Shown: positions 1 to 10,804 of the stretch, piece by piece
Position numbering within the stretch: position 1 is the first letter of the stretch
Layout: each line of letters opens with the position of its first letter
Assembly: GCA_965217585.1 (NCBI GenBank)
Contig: OZ244561.1
Location: forward strand, 6,752,001 to 6,816,000
DNA: 64,000 nucleotides
Direction: 5' to 3'
DNA from: Candidatus Latescibacterota bacterium
GTDB taxonomy: Bacteria; Latescibacterota; UBA2968; UBA8231
The notes under the pieces: generated by a model
What the model saw: only the letters and a program-made list of their open reading frames with translations
Told to the model about the DNA's origin: nothing
The model's database searches: none
Position numbers and translations under genes: made by a program

Positions 1-474
1 GATGCCCTACTGCGGGCGCGTGACGCCGGCAAGGTGCGCTACCTAGGCTATAGCGGCGACGATGAAGATGCCATGCAGGCGATTTCGCTGGGGATTTTCG
101 ACGCGCTCCAGGTGACCTTCAACATCCTCAATCAGGATGCTCTCGATGAGGTGCTGCCGGCAGCCGCAGGCACCGGCATGGGCGTGGTGGCCAAACGCCC
201 TATTGCCAACGCTAGGCTGCTGCCCAAGGACTCGCCGCACTACCACGCTGGTCCTTACTGGGATCCCGTGCGCTCCTTGCTGACGGACGAAGGGACATGG
301 GACGATCCGCTGGCGTGTTCTTTGCGCTTTACCTTGTCACATCCGGTAATCACTTCGGCCATCATCGGTACAACCGACCCAGTGCACGCGCGGGAGAACG
401 CCAAACGAGCCCAGGCCGAACCGCTCTCGCCGCTGTTGCTAGAGGCGCTCCACAAGCTGCGTCCGGGAGACTAA
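1..474 (+). CDS. Aldo/keto reductase, 5'-truncated by the window edge
   Basis: GKVRYLGYS, MGVVAKRPIA and LRFTLSHP..SAIIGT..H..EN are typical AKR C-terminal motifs; the frame is open from base 1. Confidence 0.8.
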   Translation, partial: DALLRARDAGKVRYLGYSGDDEDAMQAISLGIFDALQVTFNILNQDALDEVLPAAAGTGMGVVAKRPIANARLLPKDSPHYHAGPYWDPVRSLLTDEGTWDDPLACSLRFTLSHPVITSAIIGTTDPVHARENAKRAQAEPLSPLLLEALHKLRPGD

Positions 475-478
475 CTCA

Positions 479-2065
479 ATGCCGGTTCCCCCCGCCTATC
501 GAATCATCTACAACTGGGATGGCGCGCCCCATGGATATTCTCCGGTGCCGCAGTCGCTGGAGGATTTTCTCGAAAAGGTGTATGCCCCCCTCGAAGACAC
601 CCAAGTCGGCGCCCTGTTCTGGAGCGCGGGCGGCCGGGGTTCACGCTGGCCCAGCGAGGTGGTGGAATTTATCGGCGACGCTCGGGAGCGTCCCTACTCC
701 AGTGCCGCAGCGTACAACGGTACTGAGAACATCCTGCAGATGTACGACCGCGGCGAAGATCCTCAGAAGGCCTTGATCGCGCGGGGGCACGAGCTCGGTC
801 TCGATGTTTACGCCTCCGTGCGCATGAACGACAACCATTTTGGCGGTGCCCAGGTCGCCGACTTGAACGCGCTGTACAAAGCACACCGCGTCGAAGCCTT
901 GCGGCATGAGCACCCGGAGTGGGTGCTGGGGGAACGCACCTCGGAGTGGTTTGCCCTGTCCTGGAACATGGCCGTGCCCGAAATCAGACAGCGTCGCTTC
1001 AACCACGTCGAAGAGATCTGCCGGCGTTATGACTGGGATGGCGTCGAGCTCGACTGGCAGCGTCACGCCTTCCACTTCCCCGACGACGAAGGATACCGGC
1101 TGCGCTACCTGCTTACCGATTTGCAGCGAGCCATCCGCCAGATGACCGAGGCTCTAGGACGAGAACGAGGCCGCCCCGTTTTCCTAGCGGCGCGAGTCTC
1201 TGGATCACTCGAGATGTGCCGCCGCATCGGTTACGATATCCCTACCTGGATCGAGGAGGGACTCGTCGATCTCCTCATTCCGGCGGGTAACGCCGTCACG
1301 GACGCCAGCATCGACGTCGCGGGGTTCGCAAAGCTGTGCGAGGGAACGGACGTCGCCGTCTATCCCGGCTTGGACAGCAATCTTCCCGATCCCTTCGTCG
1401 GCCCGGAAGAGCAGGATGAGAAGGATCGCCTGCGCACGCGCGCCATCGCCAGCCGCTATCACCGTGCGGGTGCTTCGGGCATATACGTCTTCAACTGGCA
1501 CGCCAACCGCGACTCGAAGCGGCCGCTGCTGACGACGATAGGATCCCTTGAGACCTTGGCCGCTACGGACAAGATCTACGCGGCCACCCATCGCTACATA
1601 CAGCGAGAGGGGGCCTGGCGCGGTGCCTTCCGCAGCGACCGGATCTACGGTCAGGTGCCGGTCGACCTCGTCAGGACGCTGACCGGGGAGGGGCCCACTG
1701 TCGCGCTCGAGATCGCCGAGGATTTCGCGGCCCACATGCCAGCTTCGCTGCAGCTGCGACTGCGCGTGAACGAGTGGACGAACGGGGACTCAGTGCAGGT
1801 ATGGTGGGACGGAGTGGAGCTCGAGCCGCCGCAGATCGACTATTGCAGGCTCGAGGATCCCTCGCCCCCTGGCGGAGCCTTTCAACCATTGCCGCGCTGG
1901 CGAGACCTAGCTGAAGTGAGCAGTGCGGTTTGGCTTAGCTGGAACTTCAGCGAGAGCGGAGTGTCGGCGGGTGAGCACGCGGTCCGACTCGCGGTTCAGG
2001 AACGCAATCCGCAAGTCGCAGCAGGCCTGACCCTCACTGACGTCGAATTCGTCGTGCGGTACTAG
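479..2065 (+). CDS. Glycoside-hydrolase-like TIM-barrel protein (GHL10-like) with C-terminal beta domain
   Basis: IIYNWDG, YASVRMND, RYDWDGVELDW and GIYVFNW motifs; 528 aa. Confidence 0.6.
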   Translation: MPVPPAYRIIYNWDGAPHGYSPVPQSLEDFLEKVYAPLEDTQVGALFWSAGGRGSRWPSEVVEFIGDARERPYSSAAAYNGTENILQMYDRGEDPQKALIARGHELGLDVYASVRMNDNHFGGAQVADLNALYKAHRVEALRHEHPEWVLGERTSEWFALSWNMAVPEIRQRRFNHVEEICRRYDWDGVELDWQRHAFHFPDDEGYRLRYLLTDLQRAIRQMTEALGRERGRPVFLAARVSGSLEMCRRIGYDIPTWIEEGLVDLLIPAGNAVTDASIDVAGFAKLCEGTDVAVYPGLDSNLPDPFVGPEEQDEKDRLRTRAIASRYHRAGASGIYVFNWHANRDSKRPLLTTIGSLETLAATDKIYAATHRYIQREGAWRGAFRSDRIYGQVPVDLVRTLTGEGPTVALEIAEDFAAHMPASLQLRLRVNEWTNGDSVQVWWDGVELEPPQIDYCRLEDPSPPGGAFQPLPRWRDLAEVSSAVWLSWNFSESGVSAGEHAVRLAVQERNPQVAAGLTLTDVEFVVRY

Positions 2066-2115
2066 AATTTCGCAACCGCAAAGAGCCATTTCAACGGAGA
2101 GGGGGCGATCAGACT

Positions 2116-3393
2116 TTGAAGGTCACCGACATCGACATCCACCGGGTAACGCTGCAGTACGACGAGGCCAGGGCCTATGAGCTCATTCACTACCACGACC
2201 TGACTCAGCGCACCATTTACGTCGCCCACACCGACAGCGGCCTGACTGGCCTGGGGGAGTCGGAGGGGGTCGAAAAACAGGAGGTGCTGGACCAGTACAT
2301 CGGCTCGAATCCATTCGACTGGTTAGGCGACGAGACCTCCCTCGGTTTGGGGACGGCGATGTACGACCTCATGGGTAAAGCCGCCGGCGTTCCCGTGTAC
2401 AAGCTCTTCGGCCAGAAGTATCGCTCCTGGGTTCCTGTCGCGGCGTGGACGGTGAGCACGCATCCCGACCGCATGGCCAGAGCCGTGTTGGCCTACGCTA
2501 GGCAGGGCCACACGTGGATGAAGTTCCATCTGTCCCCTTTCGAAAACGTGATCGATCAGACCGAGGCCATGCAGGAGGTGGCACCCAAGGGGTTCAAGCT
2601 GCACTACGATTTCACCATGCACGGCACCGAAGACTACATGCCGGGTTTGCTCGACAAACTGTCCGAATACGAGATCGCCGGCTGCTTCGAGGATCCTCTG
2701 CCCGGCGAGAACGTTGACGGTTACATAGAGCTGCGCCAGCGCTCGCGCCGGCCCATCGTACTGCACCACTTCCCGACCGGGGCCACCTATGAAGTCTATC
2801 GCCGACCTGCTGACGCCTACATGCTGGGCCATTTGAAAATCGGCGACGCGGTGCGCAAGGCCGGCCTGTTCGCGGCCAGCGACAGCCCTTTCATGCTGCA
2901 GAACACGGGTAGCGACATCATCCGCGCTATGAACGTCCACATGATGGCGGCCTTCCCCACAGCGAACTTCCACTTCGTCAACGCCACCACCGAAGTATCG
3001 AGCGAACGTTTCGTCACCGAACCCCTGAATCCGCTCAACGGCTCCATTCGCGTGCCCGAGCAACCAGGTCTCGGAGTCGAGTTGGACATGAATGAGGTGA
3101 AGCGCCTCGAGCAGATCCGGCCAAGGTCGAAACCGAAGTTCATCATCGTGTGCAAGTACGACAGTGGGGCGACCCTCTACACCCGCCCCGACCCTGAAAA
3201 CCCGCATTTCATGGTCCGGCCGGACTGGAGCCGCACGTTGATGCCGGTGAGCTTCGTGGCACCGTTGCAGACCGAGTACTGGGATGACGACGGCTCAGCG
3301 GACTTCAACGCCATGATGGCGCGTCTCGAGCGAGATGGGGCCGTTTTGGAAGGTTCACGGGCTGTCCAAGCTTTTGCGGACGCACCCCTTTGA
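2116..3393 (+). CDS. Mandelate racemase/muconate lactonizing enzyme family protein
   Basis: MKVTDI start, TDSGLTGLGE, AMYDLMGKAAGVPVYKLFG, FEDP, PGLGVELD; extra C-terminal extension of about 90 aa. Confidence 0.85.
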   Translation: MKVTDIDIHRVTLQYDEARAYELIHYHDLTQRTIYVAHTDSGLTGLGESEGVEKQEVLDQYIGSNPFDWLGDETSLGLGTAMYDLMGKAAGVPVYKLFGQKYRSWVPVAAWTVSTHPDRMARAVLAYARQGHTWMKFHLSPFENVIDQTEAMQEVAPKGFKLHYDFTMHGTEDYMPGLLDKLSEYEIAGCFEDPLPGENVDGYIELRQRSRRPIVLHHFPTGATYEVYRRPADAYMLGHLKIGDAVRKAGLFAASDSPFMLQNTGSDIIRAMNVHMMAAFPTANFHFVNATTEVSSERFVTEPLNPLNGSIRVPEQPGLGVELDMNEVKRLEQIRPRSKPKFIIVCKYDSGATLYTRPDPENPHFMVRPDWSRTLMPVSFVAPLQTEYWDDDGSADFNAMMARLERDGAVLEGSRAVQAFADAPL

Positions 3394-4363
3394 ACATGCG
3401 ATCATCGGTGTCGCTGCCATTGTGCTGGGCAAGCCGCTTGTACGGGTTTGTGCCTGTCGCCATCAGTTCGAGTCCGAACAACTGCCTTCGTTCGGGGGTA
3501 TTCAATTGGCCCGCGGCTTCCAATGCCACCGCTGCCTCGATCGTCACCCCCGGCTGCTTCTGGTAAAAGGGACAGTAGAGCGTGAGCACGCACCAGCGGT
3601 CCCGGTCACCGGTATTGGGCAGGGTGGTGTGCCACAGCCGGGTGTTGAAGAGAAAAGCGCTGCCCGCCTTTGCTTCAGCGGCTACCATATCCGGCATATC
3701 CCTCTGATCCCGAACCTTGGTCGCCTGATCCGCGCCTCCACCCATGCCCTTGAACGCGAGGTGGTCCGGCTCGTGTTCCCACAGGTGTGAGCCTGGCACG
3801 CATGCCGTGCAACCATCATCGGAACCGACGTCCGTCAGATAGACGAGAACCTTGGTGTTGAGTGGCCGCCCCATGAAGCGCCATGCTTCATCGTTTCTGT
3901 GATCCCGATGCCAGTTGACGTAGCCGCCTTCCTCCTGCGCGTCTTGTGAGCTCTGCGGCTCTAGGACGCGGACCTGTATGGTCGCGGTCTGCACGTCTTC
4001 CCCGACGGTGGCGCTGAGGAAGGGGAAGAGGCGTGGATGCGCGATCATTTCCACGCAGGCGTCATCTTGTTCGAGCAGATGAAGCGGATAGATGTCGAAA
4101 TACTTCCTTCCGTGGAAAGTGCCGGAAGCGTAATACTCGCCGTTTTCCGAAACCCCCCGGCCTTTGGCCCGGCCCTCTTCCCAGTCGACCCGGGTGACCG
4201 CCTGCACCCGGTCGAAAGCGGCCTGTACGCGGATCAACTCATCGCCCTGCAACACGTCCTCGATTATGATAAAACCGTCGCGCTTGTAGGCCTCCACCTG
4301 ATTTTCGAGAGCAGTGAGCGAAGCCGATTCATGAGTGCGTCGGGTGTCAGTAAATGCCGTCAT
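3305..4363 (-). CDS. Phytanoyl-CoA dioxygenase (PhyH) family Fe/2OG oxygenase
   Basis: YKRDGFIIIEDVL, WHRD, VYLTDV..DG.T..VPGSH, distal LWH. Confidence 0.9.
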   Translation of the reverse strand: MTAFTDTRRTHESASLTALENQVEAYKRDGFIIIEDVLQGDELIRVQAAFDRVQAVTRVDWEEGRAKGRGVSENGEYYASGTFHGRKYFDIYPLHLLEQDDACVEMIAHPRLFPFLSATVGEDVQTATIQVRVLEPQSSQDAQEEGGYVNWHRDHRNDEAWRFMGRPLNTKVLVYLTDVGSDDGCTACVPGSHLWEHEPDHLAFKGMGGGADQATKVRDQRDMPDMVAAEAKAGSAFLFNTRLWHTTLPNTGDRDRWCVLTLYCPFYQKQPGVTIEAAVALEAAGQLNTPERRQLFGLELMATGTNPYKRLAQHNGSDTDDRMFKGVRPQKLGQPVNLPKRPHLARDAPSWR

Positions 4364-4588
4364 GACCGCTGTCCTCTCTCATTCCGGATGTTCCGCATGC
4401 ACAGTGGAGACCTGCTACAAGGGGGTGGGTCCACGGTGGAGCGAAGGCTTGGGGCAAGTCAATCTCGCAGTTATTCGGTGTTTTCCGGACTATTATAACC
4501 AAATAGTGAAGCACGAGGGACCTTCATCCCTTTCCAGTCTCTCGGCCTTCAGCCGCCCGACCCGTGGGCAGACAGGCATGGATCGCCC

Positions 4589-6649
4589 TTACCATTTGCT
4601 TTGCAAATGCAGGACGCTCATGCCGTAGACGATGAGGCGCGGAATGGTGAAGCGGACGTTTGATCCGCTCTTTTCGTGCTCGAGCGCAACCGGCTCTCGC
4701 ATCTCCGGATAGTGCCATTCAACCCGCTCTACCTGCAAGCCGTCGGGCATTTCACACTCTGCCTGGAGCGGCCCGACCGGAAGCGGTATTTCGATTGCGG
4801 CCTCCTCATCCTGCTGGTAGTTGATCCAGTGAATGACCACCGCGTCTACATCCTGTGGGTGCCATGCCCGCACCCGCACGAACCAAGGGGCATCGGTGAC
4901 CAGCCGGGGCCGGCCGACGAACTGTTCCAGCTCCAACAGAAACCGTTGACCGAAGGTATCGTCTTCGAGCTTGGGAAAAATCGGCATCTCTTGCGGGATT
5001 CCCTTGATCGGCATCGTCTCCGGAGTCCAGGGTCCGTCGGGAATGTACATCCCCCCTCCCATGCGGCCGGCGATCGATCCTGCGGCCGGCGATGCTCTCA
5101 GAGCTTGAAGCAGCGGCTCCTCGTGCGGCGACCCATCGACGTCGAGACGGCCACTATTGCCTGTAAACACCAGACGGCCTCCTGCGCGGACGAACGCTGC
5201 TATCCTCTCGCCTTCCGCCGCACCCAGTCTCTGTATTTCCGGTAAAACGAGAACATCGTAGTCACCGGCGCGCTCCATCAACTGCTCATCGAGGATGATG
5301 TCGAAGAACCAGTGGCCGTCCTCCAGATGTTGTCCGAGTCGCTTGAGCGCGTCGAGACAATCCATCTCCGCTTGCATCTCGGCTCTCTTGGGATAGACGA
5401 GGGCGATCTGAGACCACGGGGTCGCCGGGTGAAGCAGCTTTTCGTGGTGGAACATGAATCGCTGGTAGCGAATGACGGGGCCGTAATAATCCTCCGGCGC
5501 AACATTGACGCTTTCTTCCTGATCCAGGCGCGGTGGTCCGGCGTGAAAGGCCAGCGCCGTGCCGTGATGGGCCAGCGCCTCGGCAGCCCAGATGCGCCAG
5601 CGCTTGTAGTCGTACTTGTTTATGACGAAGGGTCTGCCACCCCCGGCGGCGTACATGAAACGGGATGGCAAACCCATGTCAGCGAGATACCCCTGAGCGA
5701 GCGAGCTGATCGCCTTGGATGGCCCCTGGCTGTACCAGATATAGTCCTCCCCCCTCGCCCACAACGCCTGCGGCAGCAGACAGCGCTCGTCGTGCGGTCG
5801 GAAATCGTATTTGTGATTCCACTGCGCTAGGAGCAGGTCCGGTTTGAGCGACCGCCCGTATTCAATGAAAACTTCGTCAAAGGACTCTTTGCGTTTCAGG
5901 TCGGACCCTTGGGCCAAGACGAACTGCAAACGGGCTGCCAGCTCTTCCGAGCAGTCGGAACTCGCCGTGAACACGTCGGGCACTTCCCCTAGGTCGGCGA
6001 TTCCGAAAATCCCCTGAATCTCCTCTGTGGTCAGTCGCGTGCCCAGAAAACGGCGCGCATAGTCGGAGCAGTATTGGCAGTGGCAGAGGGACTCGTAGTG
6101 ATGGGTGGCATTGAAGCCGTCGAGACCAAGCTCGATGCCCTTGTGCACCATCGCCTTAAGGACCGCCAACCACTTTGGATTGCTCATGCAGCCGCGATAG
6201 GTGCGATAGGGTCGGCCCGGTATGGTGCGCCACTTGAGCGATCCATCGGCATTGCGCTGCAGGCCCTCTTCAGCGGCAGCGCACGGCGGCGGGCCCAGCA
6301 GATCGTCGGTCCACATGCGCGCCCACTTCTCGCCGAACAGGCCGAGTCGCTTCTCGTGATCCCCGAAGTGCATGGTTGTCGACAACTGGCCGGTGACGAG
6401 TGCGCCGGCTTCCTGTATTTGAGGAATGACCTCGGCGGCCAAGTCCAGGTTGGCCTTCGCACTCCGCAAGGGCATGCCCGACCACGACGGTTCGATATTC
6501 TCATCGCCGACAAGCGAATAGAAATCGACTCCAAAGTTCCCCACCTGCACCAACTGGATCCTAGCTCGGCGCACGTGATCGACGACCTGAGACGCGGCGG
6601 GCAGGGTCCAATGCTCGATGATGCGGCTTATGCGGCGATGTGCATCCAT
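4589..6649 (-). CDS. Hypothetical GH42-like protein (barrel with CxCxxC, trimerisation/GATase-like domain)
   Basis: GLDGF, LCHCQYC, YDVLVLP...FVRAGGRLVFTG. Confidence 0.55.
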   Translation of the reverse strand: MDAHRRISRIIEHWTLPAASQVVDHVRRARIQLVQVGNFGVDFYSLVGDENIEPSWSGMPLRSAKANLDLAAEVIPQIQEAGALVTGQLSTTMHFGDHEKRLGLFGEKWARMWTDDLLGPPPCAAAEEGLQRNADGSLKWRTIPGRPYRTYRGCMSNPKWLAVLKAMVHKGIELGLDGFNATHHYESLCHCQYCSDYARRFLGTRLTTEEIQGIFGIADLGEVPDVFTASSDCSEELAARLQFVLAQGSDLKRKESFDEVFIEYGRSLKPDLLLAQWNHKYDFRPHDERCLLPQALWARGEDYIWYSQGPSKAISSLAQGYLADMGLPSRFMYAAGGGRPFVINKYDYKRWRIWAAEALAHHGTALAFHAGPPRLDQEESVNVAPEDYYGPVIRYQRFMFHHEKLLHPATPWSQIALVYPKRAEMQAEMDCLDALKRLGQHLEDGHWFFDIILDEQLMERAGDYDVLVLPEIQRLGAAEGERIAAFVRAGGRLVFTGNSGRLDVDGSPHEEPLLQALRASPAAGSIAGRMGGGMYIPDGPWTPETMPIKGIPQEMPIFPKLEDDTFGQRFLLELEQFVGRPRLVTDAPWFVRVRAWHPQDVDAVVIHWINYQQDEEAAIEIPLPVGPLQAECEMPDGLQVERVEWHYPEMREPVALEHEKSGSNVRFTIPRLIVYGMSVLHLQSKW

Positions 6650-6744
6650 TTTCCACCTCGCTTGATTTCACATTGAGATGCCCACAGTTTACGGTGCGCT
6701 CGACGATTCACAAAATGCTGCAATTGCCTTAGGGAGACAGGTAT

Positions 6745-7749
6745 ATGATTAAACTGGGTATGATCGGCTGTGGCGGCATGGGGGGTGCCCACATGCGGCG
6801 GTTTCACACCCTGAGTGATCGGGTCGCATTGGCCGCGGCGGTCGATGTTGTTGCCGAACGCGCAGCAGCCGTCGCGCAGCAATTTCCAGGAGCCTGTGTG
6901 GCGACGGACTATCGCGAGATTTTAGACTCGGTAGATGCCGTATTGCTCGCGCTACCCCACCATCTGCACTCTTCCGTCGGACAGGCGTGTCTCAATGCCG
7001 GCGTGCATGTCTTGCTCGAAAAACCCATGGCCAATGACGAAGTCGCCTGCCAAGAACTGATTGCGGCATCTGCAACCTCGGGTAAAGTGCTGATGATTGC
7101 TTATTGCATGCGCTTTCATCCAATTGTCCAGCGTCTGCAAGCATTGTTAGATGAAGGCGCGTACGGCGATGTATTTCAAGTGTCGATCTGGACCGAGCAA
7201 CTCACTCGCTATCCCTCCGATCACTGGGCTGCGAGCCAAGAGCGCTTGGGCGGGGGGCAGTTGTTTAGTCACGGCTGTCACTACATCGATTTGCTGCTCT
7301 GGTTTTTGGGGCGACCCGTGCGCGGCATACACATGGGCACCAATTTTGGTACGCCGTGGATGGAGCGCGAAGGCACCAGCAATGTGACGATGGAATTTGC
7401 CGATGGACGCCTGGGATATCACTTTGGCACCTGGGGGGCGCGGGGCACTCGGTTGCGTTACTCAATCCACGCGCATTGCACAGAAGGTTTGCTCGATGCC
7501 GATATCTCAGGCGGCAAACTCGTGCATATCCTACGCGGTCAAGAGCAAGTTTTGTGCGAAGCAGAGCCGGGCAAACACACGGAAAACGAGATGGCCCATT
7601 TCCTCGATTGCATTGCAACCGGGCAAACGCCGCTGACCGATGGCAAAAGCAGCTTGCAGGGCTTGCGCGTGATCTGGCAGCTATATGAAGCCGAGCAAGC
7701 AGGGCATATTGCAGATTTGACGGGCTTGGGTTTGGACGAGGCCGAATGA
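6745..7749 (+). CDS. Gfo/Idh/MocA family oxidoreductase
   Basis: GMIGCGGMG Rossmann motif, HVLLEKPMA, GGG.L..GCHYIDL. Confidence 0.92.
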   Translation: MIKLGMIGCGGMGGAHMRRFHTLSDRVALAAAVDVVAERAAAVAQQFPGACVATDYREILDSVDAVLLALPHHLHSSVGQACLNAGVHVLLEKPMANDEVACQELIAASATSGKVLMIAYCMRFHPIVQRLQALLDEGAYGDVFQVSIWTEQLTRYPSDHWAASQERLGGGQLFSHGCHYIDLLLWFLGRPVRGIHMGTNFGTPWMEREGTSNVTMEFADGRLGYHFGTWGARGTRLRYSIHAHCTEGLLDADISGGKLVHILRGQEQVLCEAEPGKHTENEMAHFLDCIATGQTPLTDGKSSLQGLRVIWQLYEAEQAGHIADLTGLGLDEAE

Positions 7750-7758
7750 ATTAGACGC

Positions 7759-8826
7759 CTACGAACTGTATTGCTCAATCTTCGCTTCGTCTACTTCAAC
7801 GCCCAGTCCTGGCCCCAACGGCAAGCGGATTTTCCCATTTTCAAACTGCAACGGTTCAGCCAGCACATCATCCGTCAGGCCGTGATAGCAGGTGTCGTTC
7901 GGCCCGGAAAAATTGGGGGTTGCTGCCGCAATGTGCGTGATGGCGGCGGTCTTGAGTCCGAGGTCGTGCGAACAGTGCATCAGGCACGGCACGTCATACG
8001 CCTCGGCGACGGTAGCGACTTTCTTGACGCGTAGCATACCGCCCGCCGCCGGGGTGTCTGGCATCAGCATATCAGCAACCTCGTTGGCGAGCAGGGTCAC
8101 AACGGTGTCCGCCGTGCCAACGCCCATGTTCACCAAGATACCCATGCCGATTTCCGCGCGGAACCGGATCAGCGCGTCGAGGTACTCGGGCGAGCACGGG
8201 TCTTCAAAATAGCGAATCCCGAGGTCTTTCATTTTTCGCAGTGTGGCTTCTGCATCTTCGGGGGAATACCCGCTATTTGCGTCTGGGCGGAGTATGGCTT
8301 TGTCGCCCACAGCGGCCTGTATCGCCTCGGCAATCTGCAGGTCCTGTTCTGGGTCGTCCCCCGCTTTTGTTTTCAAGAAGCGAAACCCCCATCGGTCCAT
8401 GTACTCGCGGGCGGTTGCGGCAGACTCCGATGGTGCCTTGAGTCCCATGCAGGCGCAGAAGTCCACTTCCTCCCGCACCACGCCGCCGAGCAGTTTACAG
8501 ACCGGCAAATCCGCGCCCTTGCCCATGGCGTCCCAAAGTGCCATCTCAATACCAGACATCGGGCCTTTGCTGATGCCCCCTGCTTCCAGCGCTGTAATGG
8601 CCCCTTCGATGTTGGCCACATCTTTGCCAGCCAGAATTGCGTTTGGGTCCGTTTCAAACCTACCCGTTCCTTCGCCCCAACCCACTACATCCGTGTCTGT
8701 CTCAACTTTCACGATAAGTCCCGCTGCGCCCAAAGTGCCACTACTACCACCACGCCCAACGTAAGGTCCAACAGGCGCAGCGTATGGGATTGCGACGTTG
8801 GTTCCTGTGATTCGCTTGATTTTCAT
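7759..8826 (-). CDS. Mandelate racemase/muconate cycloisomerase family protein
   Basis: Start moved to ATG 8826 (MKIKRI); GWGE, IEMALWD, KTK, RPDAN, FEDP, PGLGVEVD. Confidence 0.88.
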   Translation of the reverse strand: MKIKRITGTNVAIPYAAPVGPYVGRGGSSGTLGAAGLIVKVETDTDVVGWGEGTGRFETDPNAILAGKDVANIEGAITALEAGGISKGPMSGIEMALWDAMGKGADLPVCKLLGGVVREEVDFCACMGLKAPSESAATAREYMDRWGFRFLKTKAGDDPEQDLQIAEAIQAAVGDKAILRPDANSGYSPEDAEATLRKMKDLGIRYFEDPCSPEYLDALIRFRAEIGMGILVNMGVGTADTVVTLLANEVADMLMPDTPAAGGMLRVKKVATVAEAYDVPCLMHCSHDLGLKTAAITHIAAATPNFSGPNDTCYHGLTDDVLAEPLQFENGKIRLPLGPGLGVEVDEAKIEQYSS

Positions 8827-9002
8827 TTTGGTACCTCTGAATGAGATTTGTGATTTCCACTTGGCGTAGCCTAACTCCCTTTGTGCCTTGTTGTCAATAT
8901 AATAGATAACGCGCCTTTGGCAGGCTGTTGACGAGTATGCGGGGGGCGTTACCTTACGGCAGGCTCGCAACCAACCTTCTTACGGAGGTCAATCCGCCGG
9001 TT

Positions 9003-9818
9003 ATGATGATCTCGGAAAAAGACAAAGAGACGTACGCCACGCAGGGGTTTCTCATTCTGCGGCAGGCCTTTGCGAAAACCCGCATCGAGGCGCTGCTCAA
9101 AGGGATCGAACGCCTGATTGACAAGGGGCTTGCGGGAGAGTGCGAGATAGGCTGGATCGACCGCGAGCGCCGTCTGCCGGGACGCACCGGCCACCTGCTC
9201 GACCCCGACAAGTACCACCCCGCCTTTGCCGACTGGATCGACGAGGATCTCGCACCTCATCTCGAGGCCCTGGTCTGCGGCCCGGGGGTGCGCCACAGCC
9301 TGTTCGGCATGCTCGCCAGCGGCGGAGAGAAGCCGTACACCCAGAAGTGGCACCGCGACCTCTGCCGACCGGGAGACGCGGAGGAAACCGCGTACTTGCG
9401 TCGGCACGAGGGCCGCTTCGTGCAGTTCAACACCCCGCTCGTTCCCGGAGACCGCTTCCTCCAAATCGTCCCCGAGAGTCACCGGCGGGCGTCGACGGCA
9501 GCGGAGATCGAAGCGTCCCGTAGCGAATCGGGGGAAATGCCGAACGCCCACATCGTCGACCTCGAACCGGGAGACATCGCCTACTACAACGCCAACCTCT
9601 GGCACCGGGGCTGGAACCCGGAGGGGCGCAAGCGCTGGACCATGCACTGCGCCTTCTGGAACGCTGGGGCGACGGTGATGGCTCACGAGTACGGACAGCG
9701 CAAGCAACTGACTCAGCAAGGGCATCTTGAGCAGATGCCCCCCGTTACGCGGAAGTACATCCAGAGATACCTCGACAACTATCCCGCAGGGAACCCGTCC
9801 TCCCTGTTCGACCTGTAG
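9003..9818 (+). CDS. PhyH family dioxygenase
   Basis: YATQGFLIL, WHRD, IVPESH, LEPGDI...LWHRG; start moved to ATG 9003. Confidence 0.88.
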   Translation: MMISEKDKETYATQGFLILRQAFAKTRIEALLKGIERLIDKGLAGECEIGWIDRERRLPGRTGHLLDPDKYHPAFADWIDEDLAPHLEALVCGPGVRHSLFGMLASGGEKPYTQKWHRDLCRPGDAEETAYLRRHEGRFVQFNTPLVPGDRFLQIVPESHRRASTAAEIEASRSESGEMPNAHIVDLEPGDIAYYNANLWHRGWNPEGRKRWTMHCAFWNAGATVMAHEYGQRKQLTQQGHLEQMPPVTRKYIQRYLDNYPAGNPSSLFDL

Positions 9819-9849
9819 CCATGCATAACTCGAAAGTCTTCGGAGATGA

Positions 9850-10797
9850 ATGGTGATGAACGCAAAATACGAATGGTCCTGCGTCACTGAAAAAGCTGCA
9901 TTCGCGGCTCGCGATGGCGCTGGCGCGCTAGTGTTCAAGGATAGAATGTGGCTGCTGGGCGGCTGGAATCCCGGGGATAAAGTCCACTTCCCGCTGATCT
10001 GCAACAGTGAGGTCTGGTCATCGGCCGATGGCATCGCCTGGACGCTTGAGAACCCTCATGCGCCCTGGGAGGGGCGGCATACGGCCGGATATGTGGTGCA
10101 TGACGGCCGGATGTGGATCGTCGGCGGCGATTGCAATCAAGGCCATTATCAGAACGATGTCTGGAGCAGTGCGGACGGCATTCATTGGGAGCTGGCGCAT
10201 GATAGCGTGCCGTGGGCTCCCCGAGCGCTCCATTATACCCTAACCTTCGACGGCCGGATCTGGGTGATGGGCGGGCAGACGCTGCCCGAATTTGCCGGCG
10301 CTGATGAGGTCTTCCACAACGATGTGTGGAGTTCGGAAGATGGGATTAACTGGACTCGGGTTATCGACAGCGCTCCGTGGGTGCCCAGAGGGATGATCGG
10401 GGGAGCCGTTGTGCACGACAACAGGATGTGGATTCTGGGTGGGGGCACATACGATACGCCTACAACTCCTATCCGCAAATTCTACAATGATGTGTGGAGT
10501 TCGGAAGATGGGGTGAATTGGGAACAGCACACGACTCACGCTCCGTGGACACCCAGGCAATACCACGAGGTGGCCGCGTTCGATGACCATATGTGGGTGT
10601 TAGAAGGCTATGCGGCAGAGAGCGGGAATCGCCGCGACGTGTGGTATTCACCCGATGGCGTGGACTGGACCGAATTGCCCGATACCCCCTGGGCACCCCG
10701 ACATGCCGGGAGCGTGTTCGTGTACGACGGGTCGCTGTGGATGGTGGCGGGGAATAATATGGAGCCGGATGCTTGGCGGCTTTCGCGCAAGGAATAG
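9850..10797 (+). CDS. Kelch-like beta-propeller protein
   Basis: Five to six repeats of RMW(I/V)xGG...NDVWSSxDGxxW...APWxPR; no signal peptide. Confidence 0.8.
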   Translation: MVMNAKYEWSCVTEKAAFAARDGAGALVFKDRMWLLGGWNPGDKVHFPLICNSEVWSSADGIAWTLENPHAPWEGRHTAGYVVHDGRMWIVGGDCNQGHYQNDVWSSADGIHWELAHDSVPWAPRALHYTLTFDGRIWVMGGQTLPEFAGADEVFHNDVWSSEDGINWTRVIDSAPWVPRGMIGGAVVHDNRMWILGGGTYDTPTTPIRKFYNDVWSSEDGVNWEQHTTHAPWTPRQYHEVAAFDDHMWVLEGYAAESGNRRDVWYSPDGVDWTELPDTPWAPRHAGSVFVYDGSLWMVAGNNMEPDAWRLSRKE

Positions 10798-10804
10798 ATG
10801 TCTT

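Noticed and set aside
3305-3393. 89-bp convergent overlap of the enolase-family and PhyH genes as antisense regulation
   Set aside because: Both tails lie outside the conserved domains; stop-codon drift is the simpler explanation
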